A stretch of 64,000 nt of DNA from contig OU015568.1 in NCBI GenBank assembly GCA_907165135.1, positions 3,410,001-3,474,000 of the forward strand, read 5' to 3'. A program made the translations under genes and the position numbers. Under the pieces are notes generated by a model, which was given only the letters and a program-made list of their open reading frames with translations, did not search any database and had not been told where the DNA came from. This DNA is from Oikopleura dioica. Lineage: Eukaryota; Animalia; Chordata. Below, in pieces: positions 23,416 to 34,261 of this stretch; within the stretch, counting starts at the first letter, position 1; every line of letters begins with the position of its first letter.

Positions 23416-24685
23416 ATAACAAAGAAGTTCAAGAAAAGCACTTTTTTATGAGGAGAAATAGCTGCTAGTGGTCGCTATATTCAAATCCGCGGAATTTATG
23501 CGTTCCCCTTAATCTTGTCAAAAGCGGAGTTCCAGATTCCGTCGAACAAGTCAATGGGGCGGAACCTTCGCGTTCCGCTCGCTTCCTAAAATCTTCAAAA
23601 TTTCAAGAATTCGGTGAAATTTGCTTTTATCAAAATATACAAACTCGCATGCACTGGTCGGGATAAGATAACAAAACTGTGATAAGGGTATATATTCGTG
23701 TTGGAAGGGATGCTTTGAGGGTCCTTATCAGTGCTCGGTGGGGTATCTGGGAGGTTTTAGAGGATCGATATGCGTCATTTTTCAAAAAGAGATCTTCGAG
23801 TCCTTTTTTTATTTTAGAATTACTGGTAATGACAAATTCTTTTAGAAAAGTGTCGTTCTTTTCTATTGTTTATCTCCTTCGAGGCCGATTACTATAATTA
23901 CGCCAACACTTCGAGTCACGCTCTGTCGATGGCGGGAACAGTTATCACACTCGTGCACGGTTCATTAAAGCGGTCGCCGACAATTAACAGCGCTAGAATC
24001 GGATGTGAACGTTTGACTCAGTTGATTTATAATTGTTAACGATAAAATTAAAGGGAATAATGAAGTGAGAAGAATTCCATGACTTTCATTTTAACGAAGA
24101 ATTCATTTCTATGAGTTGATACACATTTCTATCTTCTATGAAAATTTCTGAAGATTATGAGAATAAATCTTGATGAACTTTCACTGATACTGTTGAACCA
24201 TAAGGAATATAAATGAGGCAAGACCCTTATTGAGAGGTTTGCAAACTTTTTTTCCTTTATCTGGCTTTAATAACGAAGAACGGTTGAACAGGTTAATTAT
24301 GAACGTGGGATTGTAACTTAAATAATCTCAAAGATATTTGGATATAAAAACATCATTTTTTCTGAAGACTTATGATTTTTGGCAGTAAAGAGGAAAACGC
24401 CACCGGGAGACCATCTAAGACGAGAAGGAGACGATTAACATGCCCAACTTGTCTGAAAGCAACCACTTCTGTCCGATTTGTTTATTATAATGCCGATTTT
24501 GTATCACAAACAAGGCTGCGCATTTCGGTAATTATCAGCGAATTCGTGGCGCAATGTGGTCTCTAACGTGGCGCAACAGTGCTCCGCTACGCCACGTTAA
24601 TTTTTTTAGTTTTTCAACAACTTGTTTGAAAATTTGAATATTTGAAAAACTTTTTCGTCGGAACTTGAAAATCGAGAGAAGTTTC

Positions 24686-27600
24686 ATGTTCCTCGCGTTA
24701 TGGACTGTTGTTTTGATAGAGAGTGTCGTAGAAGCTTATTCCTTTACAGAGAATGGATACTACTTTTATATACCAGCAGACAGAGTATGTATTGATCAGT
24801 TGATTTTTAAGCACACTCCATTCAGGGCTGTTTTGACCAGCTTCCAAAATGTCCCCCATGCATTTGCGCCGATCAAGATCTGATGGGCCTTTGCGCTCGA
24901 TCCTGCGGCTTATGCCATTCTCCAGAGGACAATCGAATCAAGTTCAAAAACGACATCATTTACTTGCTCGATCAGCTGTTTGATGCTCTCCCGCATGAAT
25001 ATCGCCCGGAAATCTTTTACACCGACACTAGTCATATTTACGAAGAAGCAGAGTATCATACGCCAGATGAGTACTTCAACCCGAAAATGGCTGATCCGCA
25101 GATCGTGACCACAACAACTATTACAAAAACAACAGCATCAACGACGACGACAACGACGAAGATCCTCGCTCGACCACCACCAACAAAGAGACCACGAACA
25201 CCACCACCAAGAACTGAGAGTACGAAAACGCCCAATAATCCATTTGGGATTTTCCAGCCGACTTGCGGCGAAACACCCGCCCGGGCTTCGCGCTTCCGTC
25301 GAATTACAAATGGCTCGACGGCGCGGCAAGGGGATCATCCTTGGATGGTCGCACTCGCATACAAGAAAAGTGTCGGCTGCGGAGGGACAATTATGACGCC
25401 TAGTTTGATCATTACGGCGGCGCACTGTATTGGCGGTGATCCTAGGAAAGGATTCAATTTCTTCATTTTTCATATTCAAAATCTTTTAATCACTAATTAA
25501 ATCCTATCAAAGAGATTCCATGGTCCTCGCCGGAGTGCACAACTTGGACCACTTGACAGCGGATGGCGTCGATGACGTTCCAGATGAAGTCTACGATAAT
25601 ATCCAAGTCCGAAATGCGAGACAGTATTACATCCATCCTGAATACAATGCTATGTCCGATGAGCATGATATTGCTGTACTAGAGCTTGATGAGCCACTGA
25701 CGCTTTCTGACTATGTCCAGCCAGCTTGTCTTCCAAGCGGGGTAGGAAAATCGTCCTCATACATGAATCTTCAAAAAAAGATTTAGGAGCCGAGGGTGAA
25801 TGAATATTGCGAAGTTGCAGGGTGGGGAGCTTCAAAACCTGAAAATGCTAATGAAGATCGTGAGCATCAGGTATTATATGATCAGTGAATGATTTGACCA
25901 TCAAATAAATTCTAGAGCCAAAACTGGCTTCTACAAATGTTCGAGCTTGGAACATCTTATCCTCACTTACCAGCTTGGGGATTCGAGCTAGATGAAGCAA
26001 AGCAAACAGGAAACGAGCTGAAATCTGGAATCCTTCAAATCGTCTCTCAACAAGCCTGCCAAAAGCAATACGAAAACGACATCATCACTGGGAACATGTT
26101 TTGCGCTGGCTCTAACGCTGGAGTCGATACCTGCCTTGGCGACAGCGGCGGACCATTGGTTTGCCACAATCCAGGGGACCAACGATGGGAAATCACTGGT
26201 GTCACTTCTTGGGGACGAGGATGCGGAGGAAAATTTCCCGGTGTGTATACAAAAGTCGTTCAGTATCTCGACTGGCTAAGTCATATCGAGGCAGGAAAGG
26301 GTACACCATCCCGTGTTGACCATTTCCAATTTGAGGATGGTGACGAAGACGATGACATTTTCGATTATGAAGCTTCTGGTGACGACCTCTCCACTGATTT
26401 CTACAAGTGTGGTTTCGAAGTCGAACTTCAAATCCCTCAAAATGGCGTTCCAGCATCAGGAGTCATCACCTCCCCCAATTATCCGAAAAAATACTCGAGC
26501 GACGAGAAATGCCGCTGGCTGATCACTGCCCCTGCCGGCTTCCACATCGAACTCAAGTTTACTTTCTTCAAAGTTGAATATGACACGTCTTGTCGAAAAG
26601 ATCGCGTAGAAATACACCATGATGGCCAGGGGTTCTATCTTTGCGGAAACGGCATTCCAGAAGATACATTTACAACGACGGAGAAACAGATGGAGATATT
26701 TTTCTCTTCGAACAAGCTTATTAATTTTCCTGGTTTCTCGGCAATCTACACGATCAAGCGAAATCAGCAGCAAGTTAGCAATATTGCTGCTTCCTTCGAG
26801 CGAGCGGATGATCAACCAACAGGAGTGGAAACGGCTATCAATGGAATCTGCGGACGACCCCTAATATCGCCCGATCGAATGGTCCGAATCTTGGGCGGAC
26901 AGCCGATCCGACCAACTCAGTGGCCTTGGTTGGGAATGCTGCTTGAAGAGGGTTTGAATCAATTTGTAAAAATGCTTTATATTTCGTTCATTTTCAAGTT
27001 GACTAACAAATCATAGACGGAGAATACATCCATATGAAATGCGGAGTGGCCTTGATCTGTCATCAGTGGGCGATAACTTCCGGAGATTGTGCTAGAGAAT
27101 TGACTTACGGTGAGAAATATGTGCACAAGGTTAAGTTTGGGAATATGCGTTGGGATCAAGCAAGTAAACACCAGGAAGAAATCTTGGTCAAGTCGATAAT
27201 AGGAAAGTGCTCAGAAATGCCTAAGTTTGGGATTCGAACGAGCTGTCGTTTTCTAGGGTTCCCCACTGTATAATGTTGTCTAAGCATTGAAAAAGAACAT
27301 CCACTTTTCGATGGCGGATACGACTACGACATTGCTCTGATAAAATTCGCTCGGCCAGTGGCATTCAACGAGTATATCCAGCCGATTTGCATGAAAGACT
27401 ATGTTCACAAAAAGAAGGGCGGCTTCAATTGCTTTGCGGCCGGATGGGGAATGAATTCGCAGACGATGTCTACCAGACAAGCACATTCGGCAAAGATCAA
27501 CATCGTCAATGACGGCTATTGCTCGCAAATTTACAAGAAAAAGTACAGCACGCAGCAGATGGTTTGCACTGGCGGAGATAATCGACCATGCCAGGAAAGG

Positions 27601-27871
27601 ATTCAACTTTTTATGTGCAAAGAGTCGGGAAAGTGTTGTAATCTTCGAACAGGGAGATGGAGGAGCTCCGCTAATCTGCGAGGCAGATAATGGAGAATGG
27701 TTCCTGCATGGGATTTCAATATACGGACCTGGATGCAATAAGAGAGGCGATGGACCCTCGGTCTTTGTTAGACCATCGGTATTTCTAACATTTATCGAGG
27801 TTGGGACCATTTTCTTACATCTACTTATTCGATTTTAGGAAGCGACGGGAGGCTGCGTGCGATCGTTTTAA
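24686..27871 (+). CDS. Secreted multidomain serine protease: ShKT - Thr/Pro linker - trypsin - CUB - pseudo-trypsin (ovochymase-like)
   Basis: Signal peptide, ShKT (CFDQLPKCPPCICADQDLMGLCARSCGLC), RFRR|ITNG activation site, TAAHC, HDIAVL, DTCLGDSGGP, CUB (GVITSPNYPKKYSSDEKCRWLI...). Second domain R|ILGG with TSGDC and CQGDGGAP. Introns keep frame, including two GA-AG introns. Confidence 0.92.
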
Positions 27872-27956
27872 TATCTATTTCTGTATAAAAAGGATAACTA
27901 CCTGTTGCTGTAAATATGAACAAAGATACAACACTCAATTTAAACCCTTAGAATTT

Positions 27957-28809
27957 TTATTCGTCATCATCGTAGAAAACATTTTTCGAAGGCTGCAAGG
28001 AAAATCTACAGAGCTCTCCGGCTTTTAAAATGCTTGTGTTGTACGTATTCTCGGGGTTGCTCAGCTTGTAGTCCCAAAGTTTAAAGTTTTCATCATTCCA
28101 GACACCAGTGTTGCCGTCGAGTTTGTAGGCCATCGTGAATTCCTGAAGATAGGAGTCGGCGATCGACTGGACAGCTGTAGTGAAATCGCTGAAATTTTGC
28201 TCGTCGAGGTATTCAGGAACGCCTCCGAGGCTGTCGACATTCACTGCGTAAGCGGAAAGTGTCCAATAAGAATCCCCATTTACTAGGAAAACTAATAAGA
28301 AAAGGGAAGAATGGGAACTTTTACCTTCAACACGAGTAGATCTTATTTTCTCGGAATAGACACACGAGCGCTCCAGGCTCTTGACGAAAATGTTCTTAAA
28401 AACTGTCCTCTGGCTCGGCTCAGTTGTGATTTTTTGCATTTCATCAAACGTTGTTTGCTGCAGTGGCGTTTTCGCGATCTTCGACAAGAGTGTAATATCG
28501 CCTAGAAAAGAATTTAGAAATCCTTCATAAAATGGGAGGATGCGCACCTGATATCTCGGAAATAAGATGTGCCCAACGCTCGTGCTGGGCCGAGTGCGAC
28601 CAGTGGAAGATGGCAGGACAGTCGATGCTCGTAATAGCTCTGCAGACACCAGTGAAAGATGCGTTGATGTTTTCTTCGAAAAATTCTGGATCAAAACCCG
28701 TCTCTTTCTTCATTTTTTCTTTACATGGTTGAAAAATGCTTTCGCGAGAATTCAAATCGGGAAGCCGCTTGCGGCTTCCAGCATCAAAAAAAGAGGGTGG
28801 CCTTTTCAT
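27957..28809 (-). CDS. Unidentified multi-exon protein
   Basis: Exons join in frame through GT-AG introns (...HLISEIS|GDITLLSKIAK...TRVE|...YWTLSAYAVNV...FYDDDE*). Possible further upstream exon near 28900-29050. No family recognised. Confidence 0.5.
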
Positions 28810-29198
28810 TCAGAGACCTACCCTAATCAAGAAAAACGATCAGTGCGAATGGGAGTCTCTTTCAACCCTATTACTCATACTGCCTTTTTGCTGAAAACCC
28901 GCCGATTGCCCCCGACATTCCGCTGATTTCCAAGGTCGGTCTGTAAATCCTGTCTGGCCCGCAGACCAATGCAGGTCCGACATAATCCGAAAGTCTTCTC
29001 CTCAAGATCTGAGCCCTCGCCAACATTCTAGCGATGATTGAAACGTAGAAAGCTTTTATGTTTATAAAAATATAAGTTTATTCGTTCATATAAAAATCAA
29101 AATTGAGAAAGATCAGACGTATGTGAAGTAGTGGAAGGCGGTGAAATTAAATACATGGTGATAATATTAAAGTTTTGTTCAAAAATGATGTTTCCTTC

Positions 29199-32006
29199 TT
29201 ATCGTCGGCCTTTTTGCTTGACGGGACGGCCGCGTTTCTTGTTTCGTGCTTTGACCAGAGCATCGGCTTGCTTCTTGATTTCTTCACGCGTGAGCATTTG
29301 AGTATCCTCTTCGCCGGATGAGCCGTCGTCGGAGAGATCTCCTGGAGCGCGAGCGGCGTGATGACCCTGAAGAATAATGAAAAAGGATTGAGAAAGTTAG
29401 CGTACCGGTGATTTAATAGCAGAGTATGGTGCGGTTTCCTCGACTCTTGTAATTGCCCAGCTGGTCAAATCCGTTCCAGCGCGTTCTTGAGCTCCGTCGA
29501 CACCCTAAATTTTCAAAATGACTTCGAACATGAAAACAAGGAAAAACTCACATCTTCTCCAAGAGATTGGAGCAAACTGTCGATTTGCTTGCCAGATCGC
29601 TCGATGATTGCGTTGATGTCTCCCACGACATCTGCATTTTCTGAAAAGAAGAATGAGTAAAGCAAAGTGTTTTCTAACGTCTACCTGGTTTGACAGTTTC
29701 GCCTGTTCCTTCCACAAAGTCAAGTTTGTCGCAAAGATGCTGGACGCCTGATCTGACGTTGAGAAGAAGCTCTAGTATGGATTTATAAGATTGAAATGGA
29801 GAATAGAGGCTTACTGTTTTGACGCTCAAGTTTAGTTCGATATTCATTCGCGAGTTTGTTGTTTTCTTTTGTCTTTTGGGTCATTTCGAAGAGATCATTG
29901 TCGATCTTTGCGGCTTCGTCAGCGTCCGAGTATTTGAACTTGTTGAATTGAGCTTCGAGGTCCATTCGCGTTTCTTTCAGTTCTTTTATTTTTTGCTCGT
30001 TTTCTTCCTGAAACAAACTGTTCAAACAGGCAAGACTCAGATATCAAAAAGATATTCTGAGAAATTCAGAGATACTTTTCGACATACAAAGACATCTCTC
30101 GCATTCTGGGATATCTTCATTTATATAGGAACGTACCTTGAGAGTTTGAAGATGCTTGGACGTTTCTCCTTGCGATTCAAATCGAGAAACAGCTTCGTCA
30201 ATGCTCGAAACGCCGGTAGCCTCCTTGATCGCGCCATAAATGCCTTCATACTCAGCGATCTTCGCCTCCAAATCATTTTGCTGCAAGATATCATTTCCTT
30301 GAACAGGGTCGAGAACAGCCGGAGTCGAGCCAGTTCGGCTCTCCATTCTCGTCGTTCTCCTCTCCAACGCGTCAGCCCCTCGCTTTTCATCAGCCCGCTG
30401 TCGCAGTTCTTGAAGCATTCGGTCTCGTTCCCGCCTTTCTCGCTGAAGCTCTTCCTCGTTTTCGTGAAATTGCGCTTTGGCTCGATCCCGCTGGGATTGA
30501 GCCTGAGCGAGCATGCCCTGAACGCGCTTGAGTTCTTGCTCTTGCTCCTGTACTTGGCGCTCTTTGTCTTCCAAAATTGTCGGGAACTTGAGCGCGCCTT
30601 CTTGAAGCTTTGCCAGCATCTTTTCGTAAATCGCCTTCACATGTTCCGCTTCTCGCTGCTTCAAAAGCGCTAGAATCTTGTTATCGGTCTGTGAGAACCA
30701 GAAAACGAACCTTTGTCAAGACGATTTTCAATAGTTCGAAGCTGACGAGCATTTTCTGAGACGCCTCTGCAGTTTTCCTCTTCTCTCTTGATATCTTTTT
30801 CCATCAGATTTTTCGAAGTCTGAAGTTCTTGAAGCTGACGGCGTTTCTTTTCATTTTGGGCGCGAATGGCGTTGAGGCGTTTTTGCTTGTCGCACTTTTT
30901 CTGATCGATAATCTTAATTAAATTGGTTAATTAAGGCATTAGGGGAAGGACTTACATTAACAACGTCTTTTCCTGCTTTGCTTTTGACTGGGCTCGGCAA
31001 CCTGTGTCAGGGACAGGAACAGGGACAGGGTTTCCCTCTTCCTGACCCAAATTTTAGACAGGTACACAGGACAGGACCAAAAAATCTTCCGATTTTACAC
31101 AGGAAGACAGGACAGGTTTTTCCAGACAGGTCAGGAAACAGGACCTGAGTCAGGAAAAAAGACAGGATTTTTTGTAATCAAAGAATTAGATAAAATTTCT
31201 AATTTTAAGAATATTATAACCATTTGGTTCATTGCCAGGATTAAAAAATGGCGATTCTTTCGCGAATGTTTTCTTGGCAATCGATTCTTGACTTCAGATA
31301 ATGTATAAAAGTGACTTCATAATTAAGGGGCTAAAAGTAAGTAAGTAATGATAACCTACAAGGTAAAATCCGGTTGAAATCAATTTCGACGCTTTTATCT
31401 GAAATTTCAATAAACTTCCAGAATATAAACCGGTACGATCAATTTATTATAACGACGTTTTTGGCCTTTTTTCTTTTAAATTACCTTGCCGATCTAGGTT
31501 ATTGAAGCCTGTTTCCTGACCTAACTACACAGGAACCTGTCTCAACTCAGGCCCTGACCAGGAAAAACAGGCCTGTCTTTAATCAGGGACAGGGACAGAA
31601 ACAGGGTTTCTAAATTTTAATCCCAATTTTGGTCAGGTACACAGGACAGGGCCAAAAAATATCCCTTTTTTACTCAGGTACACAGGACAGGGTCCCAAAA
31701 ACAGGAAACAGGTCCTGTCTAAGGTTTTTAGACAGGTCAGGATGCCGAGCCCAGGCTTTTGAACGCTTGTTTCTCGATTTTGTGATCGCCGAGCGCCGCT
31801 TCGATGACTTTTTCATCTCCTCTGAGAACTTGGGCGAGTTGTTTGTGAAGCTGCTTGTTGCTGACTGTAAGTTCGTGGATGACGCGTTTGTTGTCGTTCA
31901 TTTGCTGCGTCGTGCTCTCTTTGTAGGCCTTGAGGTCGCCCTCGTGGAGCTGAAGCTTCTTGTTCGCCTCATTTATCTGGTCTTGGATCGAGACCCCGTG
32001 TTTCAT
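29199..32006 (-). CDS. ODAD3: Outer dynein arm docking complex subunit 3 (CCDC151), interrupted by a MITE in a coding exon
   Basis: MKHGVSIQDQINEANKKLQLHEGDLKAYKES...LRGDEKVIEA matches the CCDC151 N-terminal coil ([22 protein letters not shown]...KGDEKVVQA). Long coiled coils, IKEATGVSSIDEAVSRFESQGET, and an acidic-then-basic C-terminus (SGEEDTQMLTREEIKKQADAL...KGRR*). Confidence 0.9.
30988..31754. mobile_element. hAT-like MITE, 767 bp, inserted in an ODAD3 coding exon
   Basis: 17-bp TIR CTGGGCTCGGCA(A/T)CCTG. Exact 8-bp TSD GCTTTTGA at 30980-30987 and 31755-31762. Many subterminal (G)ACAGG/CCTG(T) repeats. No transposase. Confidence 0.93.
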
Positions 32007-32034
32007 TCTAAAACCCGAATTATAAGTTTTTTTC
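32007..32034 (-). promoter_or_regulatory. 28-nt intercistronic spacer with a splice acceptor (candidate SL trans-splice site of an operon)
   Basis: Upstream gene stops (TAA 32037-32035). The spacer ends ...GGGTTTTAG|A and is directly followed by the ODAD3 ATG at 32006. Confidence 0.7.
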
Positions 32035-33319
32035 TTAACCGTCGAGCGTGTTTAAAAGCTCCTCGTCAGTTAATTCATGTCCTCGGACGCTGGAATCGTC
32101 GAGGAATATCTTCTCTAACTCATCAAACTCGTCGAATTCGTCCATTCCAAGAGACCCTTGTGATTTTGCATAGTCCATGTCTACATTTGCTTCGACGAAG
32201 AAATGCTGCGGGATCTCGGGGAGACCAACGGATCTGAAAATAAATTCAGATTCTAGAGATACTAGAAGACTAACCTCCTGTGCTCCAACAGAATCTTGGT
32301 ATTCTCCTTCGCCGAAACTTGTCTCGTCACGACGTACTTTCTATTCTTCTTGACGTTTTCCCTCACTTGTGCAATATTATCTTGTCCATTGTTCACCGCC
32401 AGTTGGGAGAGAATTTCTCGCATGTCATTTTCAAGCTCTTTGTGTTCTTCCGAAACGATTTGCTGACTCGCCGTGAGAGGTCGAAATCGTCCAGCATTTG
32501 CTGCTTTTATCGCTAATTCACGTGCTTCAGCATCTTGATATTCAAGACGGCAGAGAAAGACTTTCAAGCCGGCCAAAGAAAGCATGTGGTACCAGTTCGT
32601 TTTCACTACGTTTTTCATGTTGTTTCGGAACGAATGCATCAGACTTCCAGAGGCGTCCATTGAGTTGAATTGGTTGATTAGTTTGAAGTTTTGTAGCGTT
32701 ATTGTAAGACAATCCACTCCTACAAGTAGAGCGTTACAGTAACTATAGGATAAATTCAGAAATATGCCTTACCGATGAATTTAGCTGTTTCTGCTGCATG
32801 TTTTATTGCTCTCATGTTCATTTCTCTCGAATATTGCAATGCTAGTCGATCGCATTCTTCCCAACTTTATTCTGGCTCTACAAAAACATAATTTCGGTAA
32901 TTACGAAGAAAAAAGTGTTCTAGAAATTGAGCCTCTTCCTGTATTTTGTTTTTAGTGTCACACCAAGCGGCGAGAAACGCAAGTTATCGACGTAATTCAG
33001 CGGATTTCCAGGTCCCCAGTAGACCGACACGCCATGTTTCCCGGTTCCTAGGACTCCTCCAGCGTTGAATTCACCGATTGTGCAAATCACGTGCCCTCGG
33101 CCATCGACTGCGAATTCTTGTGGCCTTCGACTAAAACGCTTTTATTTATAAATTCCAATTTTATTCTCAAATAATTTCTTACCGAATGTATTTTTGCCCC
33201 GGTTGGGTGTGATCGTCAATCCAAAGCGTAACTGTACTTTTCGCATTCGCCAAATTCGAAGTTCTTCTTTTCAAATCTCTCAAAATCCTTCCACTCTTCG
33301 CTACTCTTGAAACGTTCAT
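32035..33319 (-). CDS. RNase H1-like protein with all four catalytic acidic residues substituted; basic N-terminal presequence
   Basis: EFAVDGRGHVICTIGE...HGVSVYWGPGNPLN, REMNMRAIKHAAETAKFIGVDCLTITLQNFKLIN and DAEARELAIKAA align essentially ungapped with animal RNase H1 strands and helices. Introns at 33181, 32769 and 32277 keep frame; the exon 2-3 junction is not resolved. Confidence 0.75.
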
Positions 33320-33402
33320 TTTACCGTTCTGAAAAAGAGAAATGAGCGTGGCGCGCCAATCACCGCCGCGCGTTTCCAAAGCAACGCGCTTTTAATTTTT
33401 CT

Positions 33403-33951
33403 GGAGCACGCTCAAATGCGACGGACACTCGTCTGCGCCAGAACTCATCCGCGTCGCGCGCTCATTTGCGCGGCCGTGGCTGGAGAGCTTCGCGGCAGAT
33501 GAGCGTTAGCCGCATATGAGCGCGAAAAAAAACGCGAAAAGTTGTTATATTGAATGCTTAATTCAGCACGAAAGACGAAGATAAATCAACCAAAAATATA
33601 TTACAGTCCTTAAAATTTCAGCTTCGATAATTTGGGTACAGACTGGCGGTACAGAAATTTCATCAACCAAATCGAATAGTTCATGAAAATCATTATGCTG
33701 GCTCGGCAAACTTTCAAAAAGGCATACAGGGTGAATTGAGAGAAAGCTAGAATTCAGTATCCATGATCCTTGGCGCTCTTGTTCCACGTCTTTCCATCAT
33801 CGCTTTCAAATAGCCTAACTGCCAATAACTTTTCGCGTTTTTTTTCGCGCTCATATGCGGCTAACACTGATCTGCCACGGCCGCGCAAATGACCGCGCGA
33901 CGCGGATGAGTTCTGGCGCAGACGAGTGTCCGTCGCATTTGAGCGTGCTCC
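33403..33951. mobile_element. Mutator-like non-autonomous element, 549 bp, with long TIRs
   Basis: TIR of ~125-140 bp starting GGAGCACGCTCAAATGCGACGG (left arm carries an extra ~16 bp). Exact 9-bp TSD AATTTTTCT at 33394-33402 and 33952-33960. Unrelated ~270-bp interior. Confidence 0.92.
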
Positions 33952-34001
33952 AATTTTTCTCGAGCTCTGTCGGGCATCTATCCGTAGTAGGATTGGAAGT
34001 C

Positions 34002-34095
34002 GGATAGGAGCGATTTAGTCAGGAGAGGCATTTAGTCAGGTCTGTCTAACTGGCTCCCTGACCAAATGTCTCTCCTCACTAGATGACTCCTACCC
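34002..34095. mobile_element. 94-bp mini-MITE, deletion derivative of the 59937-60691 family
   Basis: Ends GGATAGGAGC / GACTCCTACCC. Shares GTCAGGTCTGTCTAACTGGCTCCCTGACCAAATG with the 59937 element. Degenerate 9-bp TSD TTGGAAGTC / TCAGAAGTC. Confidence 0.75.
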
Positions 34096-34261
34096 TCAGA
34101 AGTCTAGGTTTGTAGGGACAAGCGTTCCGAGTCTAGCTACGTAGACAAAATGTCGAGATTTAGTCGATAATTTATTGCAATTAAATTTAAAAAAAATATT
34201 TCAGCACTGCGACAGATTTCAAATAATATATTTCTACTAAAAATCAAGACCTAAAAAAATG

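Noticed and set aside
29819-32237. Long plus-strand ORFs 29819-30673 and 31629-32237
   Set aside because: Antisense shadows of the coiled-coil ODAD3 exons. The minus strand carries the recognisable protein and splice signals.
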